Source of the DNA: an archaeon
Lineage (GTDB): Bacteria > Desulfobacterota > Dissulfuribacteria > Dissulfuribacterales > UBA3076
DNA length: 25,000 nt
Direction of reading: 5' to 3'
NCBI GenBank assembly: GCA_048631505.1
Contig: JAIWFS010000001.1
Span: forward strand, 1 to 25,000
How positions within the stretch are numbered: position 1 is the first letter of the stretch; each line of letters opens with the position of its first letter. The notes beneath the pieces were generated by a model. That model had not been told where the DNA came from. It searched no databases and saw only the letters and a list, made by a program, of their open reading frames with translations. Of the stretch, positions 1-9,189 are shown piece by piece. A program made the position numbers and the translations under genes.

Positions 1-257
1 AAAGCACATCAACCGGATTTTTCTCAAGCCAGGGAATCACTATGTGAAGACGTGACCTTATAGAATTCGTATTAAAGGTGGCAATGCTGAATTTGTCGAT
101 TTTCATATTCTGAGACCCTTGCCGGATATGCCAAAAATACAACCAAGGCCTGATTTATGAGTTTCACTATTTATTCCGATAAATATGCAAGAGATAAAGC
201 GGTAAATCAATAGGCTTTAACAATACTGCAACGTGAAAAATCATAAGGAAAAATTCA

Positions 258-599
258 ATGGGTATTGATCAACGAAAACACGTTAGGACACCTACTCAGT
301 TAATGGTTCAGTATTCAGATCAACGTCTCTTCTTTACAGAATTCCTGAGTGACCTCAGTCTTGGAGGAATGTGCATAGTGGCTTCGAAACCGCTCGAACC
401 CGGAACCAAGCTAATTATCTCCACTTCGACACAACCGCCGATCAAAGTTGAGGGGATAGTTACATGGAGCAAAAAGAGTATGAAGAACAAATTTAAATAC
501 GAAATAGGCGTCCGGTTCGTTGGACTCTCACAGGACCAGAAATCCCAAATTGCAGATATTATAGCCTCAATTTGCTGGGAAACGAACCCGATCCATTAA
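258..599 (+). CDS. Single-domain PilZ protein (c-di-GMP receptor)
   Basis: Both PilZ motifs are present: RxxxR (QRKHVR) and D/NxSxxG (DLSLGG), followed by a beta-rich body ending in GVRF. Confidence 0.9.
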   Translation: MGIDQRKHVRTPTQLMVQYSDQRLFFTEFLSDLSLGGMCIVASKPLEPGTKLIISTSTQPPIKVEGIVTWSKKSMKNKFKYEIGVRFVGLSQDQKSQIADIIASICWETNPIH

Positions 600-659
600 T
601 CGTATAGGATTAAGGAAGAGCTTTAACCGCAGTCTTTCTCCCCCTTTCGCGTTTCATTT

Positions 660-1622
660 TCAAGAGAGTTTTTCAAGTGCCTCGACGGCAGCTTCCAGAA
701 CTTCGCCGGAATAAGGACCTTTGCGAACACTGTTGAGTTTCGGGATCACACTAAGATCCTTTGATTCACCCAAAATATAGAGGATATCGCCTTTGACCTT
801 ATCGTCTACCTGGAAAAACCGGTCCCACAAAGGCGCAATAACCTGCGAGGCCATTTCTTTACGCTCTTCGGCAAGGAATTCAAACGTCACCATGGCGCCC
901 AGGCGAATTTGCCATTTTGCATGGGTCAGTAGATCCAGAAACGCAGGATAGATTTTCCCGCTTTCCATCATCATCTGCGCCAGGCCCGCGGCATCACCCT
1001 GCTCGATGATCTTCCTGAGCGAATCAGTACCGAGCTGGGAAGGATCCCGGGTGAGCATCATATGGACGATTTCTTCGAGCTGAATCGCTCCTGTCCAACG
1101 GAACTGATCGTCCAGTATAACCGTGGGCACCGACCGGACGTGGTCATTTTCGGCCCTTTCAGAAAACAGGGTCCCATCGATAACCGTGATATGAATCAGA
1201 CTTTCCGAGGCGGCAAGAGTCAGCAGCAAGGTCACCACCTGGGGACAAAAGGGACATTGGGGGGCAATATAGACCTTCAGCATCGCAGGGACCCTGAGCT
1301 GATTAAGGGCGTCCCTAACCGGTGAAGCCAGTTTTCCGGCGAGCGTGTCCCGGCCGCCCAGTGCATCCAGGAACGGGAGCAGCTCTCTTCCCAGAGGCAC
1401 GGCCTGATAGCTTATATTCTCCCCGATGCTGATTTCCGGTGCCTGTTCGCCGTCATTCTCCTCTCTTTCTATCCGGACGCCTGGAGCCAGACGGCTAAAG
1501 TCCTCGCAAAACTCCTGAATTTGCTTGCTGCGATCGTCTTCTGCCCGTATAAGACCGATCCGGATTTCTCCGTCGATCTTCCGGTACCACTCTGTTATGA
1601 TCGCTTCGTCCTCGGGAGTCAC
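660..1622 (-). CDS. Thioredoxin-fold (AhpF N-terminal/PDO-like) protein with C-terminal HEAT-like repeats
   Basis: YIAPQCPFCPQVV active site and VRSVPTVIL cis-Pro loop; helical C-terminus with HEAT-like segments (WQIRLGAMVTFEFL, VKGDILYILGE, VLEAAVEALEKL). Confidence 0.75.
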   Translation of the reverse strand: MTPEDEAIITEWYRKIDGEIRIGLIRAEDDRSKQIQEFCEDFSRLAPGVRIEREENDGEQAPEISIGENISYQAVPLGRELLPFLDALGGRDTLAGKLASPVRDALNQLRVPAMLKVYIAPQCPFCPQVVTLLLTLAASESLIHITVIDGTLFSERAENDHVRSVPTVILDDQFRWTGAIQLEEIVHMMLTRDPSQLGTDSLRKIIEQGDAAGLAQMMMESGKIYPAFLDLLTHAKWQIRLGAMVTFEFLAEERKEMASQVIAPLWDRFFQVDDKVKGDILYILGESKDLSVIPKLNSVRKGPYSGEVLEAAVEALEKLS

Positions 1623-1646
1623 AGTAGTCGCTTCTATACAGAATTA

Positions 1647-2033
1647 TTATGCCAATCGTCTAGGATTCAGGAAGAGCTTTATATAACCATCCGGTCGGAC
1701 TTCAGCCAGAAGCTTTTTAGCCCGTCTGGATATCTCCAGCATATGCTTTGCCCCTTCAGACTGTCCATCCCAAAAATTTATCACGAAATCTGCTGACCTG
1801 AGCAGTACCTCATTTCTCATCATAGTGGCCTTAAGCCCGTGCTTCTCCCACTCTGAAGGAATAATCTTCCATTCAAGTCCTGCTTCGCTGGCATAGCGCT
1901 CGCCCAGACGATCAGCCCCAGGGGCATTTCCGGAAAGTACAACGTCTCCGTCAATCAGCAAATACTTCAGTACACCTTGGATCAATTCATAGGATTCTAT
2001 ACTACGAGAACCTCCTACAGCCACTCTTGCCAT
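1647..2033 (-). CDS. SLOG-superfamily protein (YAcAr/DUF2493-like)
   Basis: RVAVGGSR, SGNAPGADRLGERYA, MRNEVL and FWDGQSEGAKHM motifs. Start moved to ATG 2033, which follows an AAGGGGG SD-like run. Confidence 0.8.
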   Translation of the reverse strand: MARVAVGGSRSIESYELIQGVLKYLLIDGDVVLSGNAPGADRLGERYASEAGLEWKIIPSEWEKHGLKATMMRNEVLLRSADFVINFWDGQSEGAKHMLEISRRAKKLLAEVRPDGYIKLFLNPRRLA

Positions 2034-2105
2034 ACAAAAGCCCCCTTTCATATAAAAAGTAGATCGAGCACACCCTCAGGCCTGAATTAATCCCGTATGA
2101 AGCCA

Positions 2106-2405
2106 TCATTCATCTTCTTCAGTGGAGTTTTCTCTGACAATATCCTTTACATTTTCAAGAATGTAGAGCACATCGTGAACGGTGACTTTGGAGTGTTCCT
2201 CACAAAAATCGTCAATTGCAACAAGAATACGTTCAGTCAATTCGTCAAACTGATCGACAGAAAGGTTGGTGGCAGGCTCCGAAGCCAGGAGGGAATCCAG
2301 GTCGATGCCATAATACCCTGACAGCTCCTCCTTTATCTTTGCGAGCCTGTGGGCATGCCCTCGACCAGAACGTTTTCTATCCCGTATGCTTACAATTTTG
2401 CCCAT
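2106..2405 (-). CDS. Hypothetical acidic helical protein (99 aa)
   Basis: Clean ORF; ATG 2405 follows a GGGGG SD-like run; co-oriented with the SLOG and thioredoxin genes. Confidence 0.6.
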   Translation of the reverse strand: MGKIVSIRDRKRSGRGHAHRLAKIKEELSGYYGIDLDSLLASEPATNLSVDQFDELTERILVAIDDFCEEHSKVTVHDVLYILENVKDIVRENSTEEDE

Positions 2406-2532
2406 TGAAATCCCCCACATGAAATATTTTCCTAATACAGGCCGTGAATATTCTAGCTCAATCTATTGATCAGTGGCAAGCTTTTTAAAATAAATTTATC
2501 CCTCTTCCATCCCCTTTGACTGCTAAAGCGAA

Positions 2533-2561
2533 TTGACATATTCCGGCACAATAAGTAAATT
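2533..2561 (+). promoter_or_regulatory. Sigma70-type promoter for the creatininase-family gene
   Basis: TTGACA (2533-2538), 17-nt spacer, TAAATT (2556-2561). Confidence 0.55.
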
Positions 2562-2567
2562 TCCGCC

Positions 2568-3287
2568 ATGATTCTAGAAGAACTTACCATGCCGGCCTTT
2601 ATAGAAGGTCTAACTAAAACCCGCACTATTATAGTGCCCTTTGGGGTTGTAGAGGAACACGGTCAGCATCTACCACTGGGGACCGATACGATCCATGCGT
2701 ATGAACTGTCCAAAGAAACCAGCAAGCATCGTCCTCTTTTCGTTGCGCCACCAGTGTGGTACGGACTCTGCAGAAGCACAAGTCAACATGCCGGTACAAT
2801 TACAATATCCGGAGACACCTTGAAAAGGCTTACTGTAGAACTTGCCACATCACTTTATAATCAAGGACTGAGAAATTTTGTACTCCTTTCCGGTCACGCC
2901 GGCGGCACTCACATGGCTGCCCTTACGGATGCAGGCGAAGCGATACTGTCCAACCTTGAGGAAAGCCGGGTGGCAGTATTATCTATCCTTGATCTGATAG
3001 CTGAAATTCCCGACGGAATTATAGAAACAGAGAATGACTCGCATGCTGGTGAGGTAGAAACATCATTAATGCTCCACCTGAGGCCGGCGCACATTGATGG
3101 TACGAGCCCTGAAGAGTATCCCTCCTTTCCCACACCCATCCTGGCCAGAGATAAAAAAAGGTTCTGGCCCGGAGGCGTATGGGGTGATCCTTCAAAGGCC
3201 TCTCTTGAAAAGGGCAAAACTCTGCTTCAGAAGGAAGTTGAAGTCCTGCTACGTCTAGTAAACAGGATCGAGTCTTTTGATGGTTGA
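2568..3287 (+). CDS. Creatininase-family amidohydrolase
   Basis: PFGVVEEHGQHLPLGTD, SGHAGG and HAGEVETS metal-binding motifs. Confidence 0.9.
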   Translation: MILEELTMPAFIEGLTKTRTIIVPFGVVEEHGQHLPLGTDTIHAYELSKETSKHRPLFVAPPVWYGLCRSTSQHAGTITISGDTLKRLTVELATSLYNQGLRNFVLLSGHAGGTHMAALTDAGEAILSNLEESRVAVLSILDLIAEIPDGIIETENDSHAGEVETSLMLHLRPAHIDGTSPEEYPSFPTPILARDKKRFWPGGVWGDPSKASLEKGKTLLQKEVEVLLRLVNRIESFDG

Positions 3288-3792
3288 GGCTAAGATTCGG
3301 ATATTTAATTACGTCCTTTTATCTCTGGTAGGGGCAATTTTGTTACCAGCCTGCCAAGGCAGCGCTGATCCTTCCAAGGCCCCTGATTTTACGCTTCTTA
3401 ATCTCCAGGACGAATCCGTAAATCTGTCGGACTATAAAGGACAGGTAGTGCTCATTAACTTCTTTTCCACCAATTGTCCTCCCTGTCGAGTAGAAATCCC
3501 TGACTTTGTTCTTCTGCAAAATCAATATGGTTCAAAAGGTTTTGCCGTTATTGGGATATCCGTAGACCAGAATGGGAAAAGAATCCTTCCGGGATTTGCG
3601 CAAGCATTAAGGATTAACTATCCTATATTGCTTGCCACATCAAAGGTTATAAGGGATTATGGAAATATCTATGCCCTTCCGGCATCTTTCTTGATTGACA
3701 GAGATCATCGAATTCTCAAACACTACACCGGTATGGTAACCAAGGACGAACTGGAACCTATCATAGTTAATGCTTTAGGCATCAATGAGTAG
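3280..3792 (+). CDS. TlpA/ResA-like thiol-disulfide oxidoreductase, probable lipoprotein
   Basis: Signal peptide with lipobox-like LLPAC; APDFTL, NFFSTNCPPCRVEIP and ALPASFLID motifs. The ATG at 3280 overlaps the upstream stop region. Confidence 0.85.
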   Translation: MVEAKIRIFNYVLLSLVGAILLPACQGSADPSKAPDFTLLNLQDESVNLSDYKGQVVLINFFSTNCPPCRVEIPDFVLLQNQYGSKGFAVIGISVDQNGKRILPGFAQALRINYPILLATSKVIRDYGNIYALPASFLIDRDHRILKHYTGMVTKDELEPIIVNALGINE

Positions 3793-3805
3793 TTTTTTGA
3801 GGAAA

Positions 3806-4303
3806 TTACTTGCGCAGAGTAGCTATCATTCGTTTGGGTTTGAGGAAAATATCCAGTGCATCACAGATGTTGAAGAAAACGGCATTACTTGCCATCAAGG
3901 CATCAATCGAGGCCCCTTCTTTACCAATTACGCACAAACCCAACTTGGCCTCTTTCAACATCAGGGCGTCATTACAGCCATTACCTATAGCCACTGTCTT
4001 ATCACGACCAAGCTCTTCCAGAAAAGCAAGCTTCTGCAGATCACCCCTACCGGATTCCAGTTGATGGATCTTTATACCACACTCCTCCACCAACTGATCA
4101 GTCAACTGGTCAAGAGTTTGACCTGTATCTGCCGTCAGTACATAAGCATCCATTATTTCCGATATTTCCTTTAGCCGCTCGACGACACCGTCAACAAAAC
4201 TGCCATCAACTGTAATTGTCCCGTTAAGATCCAGTATAATATTGAACAGATTGTAGAAATCCCCACAGGGCATATCTATTTGCATCTTTCGAGAACCAGA
4301 CAT
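3806..4303 (-). CDS. HAD-superfamily hydrolase, soluble P-type ATPase-like
   Basis: DLNGT motif I, LTADT motif II, AIGNGCND motif IV; AGGAGG SD upstream of ATG 4303. Confidence 0.85.
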   Translation of the reverse strand: MSGSRKMQIDMPCGDFYNLFNIILDLNGTITVDGSFVDGVVERLKEISEIMDAYVLTADTGQTLDQLTDQLVEECGIKIHQLESGRGDLQKLAFLEELGRDKTVAIGNGCNDALMLKEAKLGLCVIGKEGASIDALMASNAVFFNICDALDIFLKPKRMIATLRK

Positions 4304-4327
4304 GACTTATCCCCTCCTCAACGTTTC

Positions 4328-4756
4328 TTATCTGTCAACCCTCGCAAAGATAGACCGGCGAATACGAGCCGGCAAAAAAGCCACTGCCCCATCAGCCACC
4401 TTTCTCAGAAGTGGAATCAGGTCTTCACGCCCCCTCCAGTTATCTTTAAGCACCTTCTCGTCAACCCTGAGAACTAAACGCAACAGAGCAACGGCCACCA
4501 GGTAAACATCGTCAACCAGTCCTACAAAAGGAATCCAGTCAGGCACTAAATCAACCGGATTTAACATATAAGCAACCGTCGCCCCCAATATAGCCTTATC
4601 AGTAGATGAGACCCTTGGGTCCCTCAACAGATTTAGCAGCAACCCCAAAAACTGGGGCAACAGGGCAATATAACCACGAATTCTAGCATAAATACCGCAA
4701 TTAATCTGTCGCTGAGGATTAGATTTTTTCTGTTTGCCTTTCATGTTCAGCATCAC
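4328..4756 (-). CDS. DUF1232 (YkvA-like) membrane protein
   Basis: YMLNPVDLVPDWIPFVGLVDD signature. The start could be 4756, 4753 or 4744. Confidence 0.85.
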   Translation of the reverse strand: MMLNMKGKQKKSNPQRQINCGIYARIRGYIALLPQFLGLLLNLLRDPRVSSTDKAILGATVAYMLNPVDLVPDWIPFVGLVDDVYLVAVALLRLVLRVDEKVLKDNWRGREDLIPLLRKVADGAVAFLPARIRRSIFARVDR

Positions 4757-4933
4757 TATTTTTAAATCATAACCTCAAATAGTAAATAAAGTAAAGACCG
4801 ATTTTTATAGCTTGCAATAACAGGCATTAATATTTTAAACTACGAGCCGCTTTTAAACTTCTAGATTATACTACAATCAGCCAAGAGGAAATAAGCGGCT
4901 ACATCCATTTCACCAATCATAAAGGACAATAAC

Positions 4934-5956
4934 ATGAATATTTTACATGGACTGTTATATCCGGCAAGCTACCTCAGCCGGGATACAATGCTGCGGCTTG
5001 GCCAGGTATTCTCCAAACTGACTTTATTGGTACCTACAGAAGAGGATGTTAATCCACCACCCCCATCAAGTAACTGCTCCATGGAAATTGAGGCTACTGC
5101 GCCGGCCCCTCTGGGAGACAGGCTCGGCTGGTTCACCGGCCTTATCAGCAATTGGAAATCCTGGGCAGAAGAGATGGGCTTGGGAGAAAAGATTCCAGCC
5201 TCTACATTAATACGTGCTGCCGAAGGCGAGGAAGAATCTCTACAGGGAATTCTTAATACATTAAGGGGCACTGAAGTCCCTGACCCGCTTCTGGATGCGC
5301 GGATATTTCTTCAGCTTTCATTGGATCTGGATAGACGTAATGACGAATTGCAAACAGACCTTGACAAGATGGTAATACATGAAGACAAACTTAAGTCAAT
5401 ATTGAAAGATCCAGGGGAACTCGCCGACTCCCAGGGCTCTCCGAAATATCCTTACTCTCCTATTATGGAGCCCCTCCTCATGGCCAGGGAGCGATTGAGG
5501 GCCTGGGCATTGTTGTGGCAAAAATACACCTATCAAGGGCCGTGGCCAATCGGGGAAAGTATTACAGTAAAGGATCTGGTCGATAAGGCCTATGAAGCCT
5601 TACAGCCCAGAGAGGCCCCTGTAGATCTATTGGACCTGGTATTACCCCTTGATCCCAATATAAAGCCGGGAGAATCAGACAAAATCAATAACGGCCTGAC
5701 TTCACTTATTAATGCCATTTCAAACACAACCATACAGAACTATAGTGAAAATGGGGATATCCAGAAATTATCAGAAGAAATACAACAGACTTGGGACAAA
5801 GGCAATAAAAACCAGATTCCCGGCCCTATGTTAAACTTGACCTTATATCCTAAGAGGACGTGGAAAGAAGTATTTTCAAAGGCAGCCGACTTAGAATTAG
5901 AGGATAGAGGGCAAACCTCCAATGCAACATCCGGGTGGTCCTTCTTCCTGTGCTAG
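4934..5956 (+). CDS. Hypothetical protein (340 aa)
   Basis: Long ORF with an AAGGA SD; no motif recognised. Confidence 0.7.
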   Translation: MNILHGLLYPASYLSRDTMLRLGQVFSKLTLLVPTEEDVNPPPPSSNCSMEIEATAPAPLGDRLGWFTGLISNWKSWAEEMGLGEKIPASTLIRAAEGEEESLQGILNTLRGTEVPDPLLDARIFLQLSLDLDRRNDELQTDLDKMVIHEDKLKSILKDPGELADSQGSPKYPYSPIMEPLLMARERLRAWALLWQKYTYQGPWPIGESITVKDLVDKAYEALQPREAPVDLLDLVLPLDPNIKPGESDKINNGLTSLINAISNTTIQNYSENGDIQKLSEEIQQTWDKGNKNQIPGPMLNLTLYPKRTWKEVFSKAADLELEDRGQTSNATSGWSFFLC

Positions 5957-5979
5957 TGTTGCACAGAAGTCAACTGTTG

Positions 5980-7521
5980 CTAGAAGACCATGGCAAGGCT
6001 TTGCTGGGCAACATTAGCCACTTGTGACAGCCCTTCGGGTAATATTCCAAAATACATGATCCCCAGAGCAGCAGCAATCAATGCGATCATTGAAGTAACG
6101 CCAACTCTGCCGGCCACTACTTCCCTGGATGGCTCAACCATATACAGCATCCATATCACCCGCAGGTAGTAATATGCCCCGATAACACAGGTCAATATAC
6201 CCAGCGCTGCAAGCACGAAATACCCTTCTTTTATGGCCGCTGCGAACAAGTAGAACTTACCGATAAAACCGGCAGTGGGAGGAAGCCCCGCCATGGAAAC
6301 CAGGAACAGGGCCATCATGAAACTGAGAGCAGGATACTTGAACCCCAACCCCTTGTAATCGTCCAGGGTCTGGGCCTTTCCTTCCTGGCCATCCAACAGA
6401 TAGACCACACCGAAGGCCCCCATATTCATCAAGGTATACGCAAAGAGATAGAACAGCACACCCATGCGACCTTCATCATTTGCTGCAAGAATCCCCAAGA
6501 CCATGTACCCGGCATGAGCAATGGAGGAATACGCCAGCATGCGCTTCACGTTCTGTTGGGACACTGCAACCAGGTTGCCCACAAACATGGTAATAAGGGC
6601 CAGCCACCACAGCAGGGGTTTCCAGTATACTGCCAAGGCTGCCAGGTTGACCGTGGATTGAAACTCAGGTTGCCCGCTGTGCGCAAGAATCGGAGTAAAA
6701 GTAACAAACAAGAGCTTGATAAATATCCCAAAGGCCCCTGCCTTCACCGCTGTAGCCATAAAACCGGTTATAATCGCAGGACTACCCTCATAGACATCCG
6801 GGGTCCACATATGGAAGGGTACAAGGGCCATTTTGAAGAACAACCCTGACATCAGCATAGCCATAGCAACAAGCACCCCCGGGTTCTCAAGAAGAGGACC
6901 TGTGGACAGAACTTGAGCTATCTTTGTGATATTGATAGTACCGGTCAACCCATAAATCAGTGCAACCCCGAAAAGGAAGAACGCAGACCCAAAGCTCCCA
7001 AGAAGGAAATACTTAAGGGCCCCCTCCTGTGACTTCCTGTCGTTCTTCAGGAATGCAGCCAGGACATATACAGACAGGGACATCACCTCAAGAGCAATGA
7101 ACATCATGAGCAGATCAACTGACTGGACCATGGCTATGGTGCCATAAACCGCAAACAAAAGCAGTATGAAATATTCTGATCTAACCAGTTTATTGTTCCG
7201 CAAATAGCCTATACTCATAAGGCTCGCGAATATACCTGCCATCAAGACTATGGCCGACACAAATATGGCAAACTTCTCTGTAGAGAAGACATCCACCAGG
7301 ACTATTTCATTGAGTGTCCACCCACCAATCATATACTTCAACGCAACTAAAAAGCTCAGAGCAGTAAGCCAACCCATTGTTGCTACATGGTCCGGTTTCT
7401 CATCTGTTGAAAGCCAAAGATCAACAAAAATAAGCACTAGCCCGGCAATAAGGAGGATTATCTGTCCACCAGCTACCTGCCATAGCTGACTCAGGCTAAA
7501 GGAAAAACCAAGGTCGCTCAT
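5980..7521 (-). CDS. nuoN: NADH:quinone oxidoreductase subunit N
   Basis: Antiporter-like subunit: EVMSLSVYVL, EGALKYFLLGS, FKMALVPFHMWTPDVYEGSP, KRMLAYSSIAHAGY. ATG 7521 has AAGGAG at 8-nt spacing. Confidence 0.95.
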   Translation of the reverse strand: MSDLGFSFSLSQLWQVAGGQIILLIAGLVLIFVDLWLSTDEKPDHVATMGWLTALSFLVALKYMIGGWTLNEIVLVDVFSTEKFAIFVSAIVLMAGIFASLMSIGYLRNNKLVRSEYFILLLFAVYGTIAMVQSVDLLMMFIALEVMSLSVYVLAAFLKNDRKSQEGALKYFLLGSFGSAFFLFGVALIYGLTGTINITKIAQVLSTGPLLENPGVLVAMAMLMSGLFFKMALVPFHMWTPDVYEGSPAIITGFMATAVKAGAFGIFIKLLFVTFTPILAHSGQPEFQSTVNLAALAVYWKPLLWWLALITMFVGNLVAVSQQNVKRMLAYSSIAHAGYMVLGILAANDEGRMGVLFYLFAYTLMNMGAFGVVYLLDGQEGKAQTLDDYKGLGFKYPALSFMMALFLVSMAGLPPTAGFIGKFYLFAAAIKEGYFVLAALGILTCVIGAYYYLRVIWMLYMVEPSREVVAGRVGVTSMIALIAAALGIMYFGILPEGLSQVANVAQQSLAMVF

Positions 7522-7526
7522 ATTCA

Positions 7527-9104
7527 CTACTCCTTAGCCGAACTCACATCTAAAGGCGTCTTGTCATACACAAAGGCATGATGCTCTACAACCGCACCCG
7601 GAGACGCAGGTTCAGAGATCTTGACCTGACTGATAAAGTGGTCCACTGAGCTGTGCATCTTGCTCAGGAAGAAATTGGGATACAGGCCTATCCAGAATAC
7701 CAGCACAACCAGAGGCATGAGATAGGCCATTTCTCTGAGGTTCAAGTCCTTAAGTTTTTCATTCTTGGGGTTTGAGATCCTACCGAAGAAGACCCTCTGA
7801 TACATCCAGAACATATAAATTGCCCCAAGGACCACACCAGTAGCTGCCAATACAGCAGCGGCTTTGTTCACTTCAAAGACCCCTAACAGGATAAGAAATT
7901 CACCAATAAACCCGTTAGTAGTGGGAAATCCCACACTTGACAGGGTTATAAGGAAAAAGATAGCAGAATAAATAGGCATCGGCCTGCAAATTCCTCCGTA
8001 TTCCGCAATCATACGGGTATGGCGTCTTTCATAGACTACACCCACCAAGAGGAACAAGGCGCCGGTTGAAATGCCGTGGTTGATCATCTGGAGGATCGAC
8101 CCTTCCACGCCATGACGGTTCAAAACAAAAAGCCCGAGCATGCAGTAACCAAGGTGAGATACGGATGAATAAGCCACCAGTTTCTTGATATCCGGCTGAA
8201 CCATGGCCACCATTGCCCCGTAAATAATGCCTATAATCGAAAGGACAATAATAAGCGGAGTAAAGAAGGCCGACCCATCTGGGAAAAGCGGCATTGCAAA
8301 CCGGAAAAATCCATACGTGCCCATCTTCAGGAGAATACCTGCCAGAATCACTGACCCGGCAGTTGGTGCTTCAACGTGGGCATCCGGCAACCATGTATGG
8401 AATGGGAACATCGGGACCTTTATTGCAAATGCCAGGGCAAAGGCTGCGAAGAAGAGTATTTCATACGTCCTTGCCAGATCCGTATTGTATAGAGAGAGCA
8501 GGTTGAATGTCAGCTCACCGGTTTGCTGATGATGAAAGTAAACAAGGCCGATGATACACACCAGCATGAGGAAAGAACCGACTGCAGTAAACAGGAAGAA
8601 TTTGATTGCAGCATAGATCCTTCGTTCTCCGCCCCATACACCTATGATTAGCCACATGGGAATGAGCATAATTTCCCAGAATACATAGAACAGAAAGAGG
8701 TCCAGAGATACAAATGTCCCGAGCATTGCTGTCTCAAGGACCAGCATCGCAATCTGGAACTCCTTAACCCTTTTTGTAATGGCCGTCCAAGTGGAGAGGA
8801 TCGTAAGCGGAGTAAGAAAGGTAGTCAAAAGTACAAGCCAGAATGCAAGACCATCCAAACCCATAAAATAGGTAATGCCATAGCTGGGGATCCATGTATA
8901 TTTCTCTAGGAATTGGAACCCTGCCACGTCCGGATCGAAATCAAAGTACAATCTCAGCGAAACAATAAACACCAATGTGGATATTACCATTGCTACCCAG
9001 CGGATGGCATTCTTCCCTGATTCACTCCGCTGTGGAATAAAGAGAATAGCCAGCACTCCCAACAGAGGTAAGAAGGTTACATAGGTTAATATGGGAGCAT
9101 TCAT
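7527..9104 (-). CDS. nuoM: NADH:quinone oxidoreductase subunit M
   Basis: [43 protein letters not shown] and [13 protein letters not shown] motifs. Confidence 0.95.
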   Translation of the reverse strand: MNAPILTYVTFLPLLGVLAILFIPQRSESGKNAIRWVAMVISTLVFIVSLRLYFDFDPDVAGFQFLEKYTWIPSYGITYFMGLDGLAFWLVLLTTFLTPLTILSTWTAITKRVKEFQIAMLVLETAMLGTFVSLDLFLFYVFWEIMLIPMWLIIGVWGGERRIYAAIKFFLFTAVGSFLMLVCIIGLVYFHHQQTGELTFNLLSLYNTDLARTYEILFFAAFALAFAIKVPMFPFHTWLPDAHVEAPTAGSVILAGILLKMGTYGFFRFAMPLFPDGSAFFTPLIIVLSIIGIIYGAMVAMVQPDIKKLVAYSSVSHLGYCMLGLFVLNRHGVEGSILQMINHGISTGALFLLVGVVYERRHTRMIAEYGGICRPMPIYSAIFFLITLSSVGFPTTNGFIGEFLILLGVFEVNKAAAVLAATGVVLGAIYMFWMYQRVFFGRISNPKNEKLKDLNLREMAYLMPLVVLVFWIGLYPNFFLSKMHSSVDHFISQVKISEPASPGAVVEHHAFVYDKTPLDVSSAKE

Positions 9105-9189
9105 AATCTACCCTTCGATCCTTTTGTTTTGTTACACTCCATAACTGCTCTTTCCAGGCCCTGTTCCATAAAATAAAATCCAGCCGTTT

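Noticed and set aside
1-63. Possible 3' end of a TPR-like gene (frame 1: KAHQPDFSQARESLCEDVTL*)
   Set aside because: Only 20 codons are visible and another frame is also open to position 55; it cannot be supported.
660-3792. Selenocysteine (UGA) recoding in the redox proteins
   Set aside because: Both active sites are ordinary CxxC (CPFC, CPPC) in uninterrupted frames.
4845-4900. 8-bp inverted repeat AGCCGCTT/AAGCGGCT in the divergent intergenic region
   Set aside because: The 40-nt spacer and lack of further pairing give no support for a defined element.
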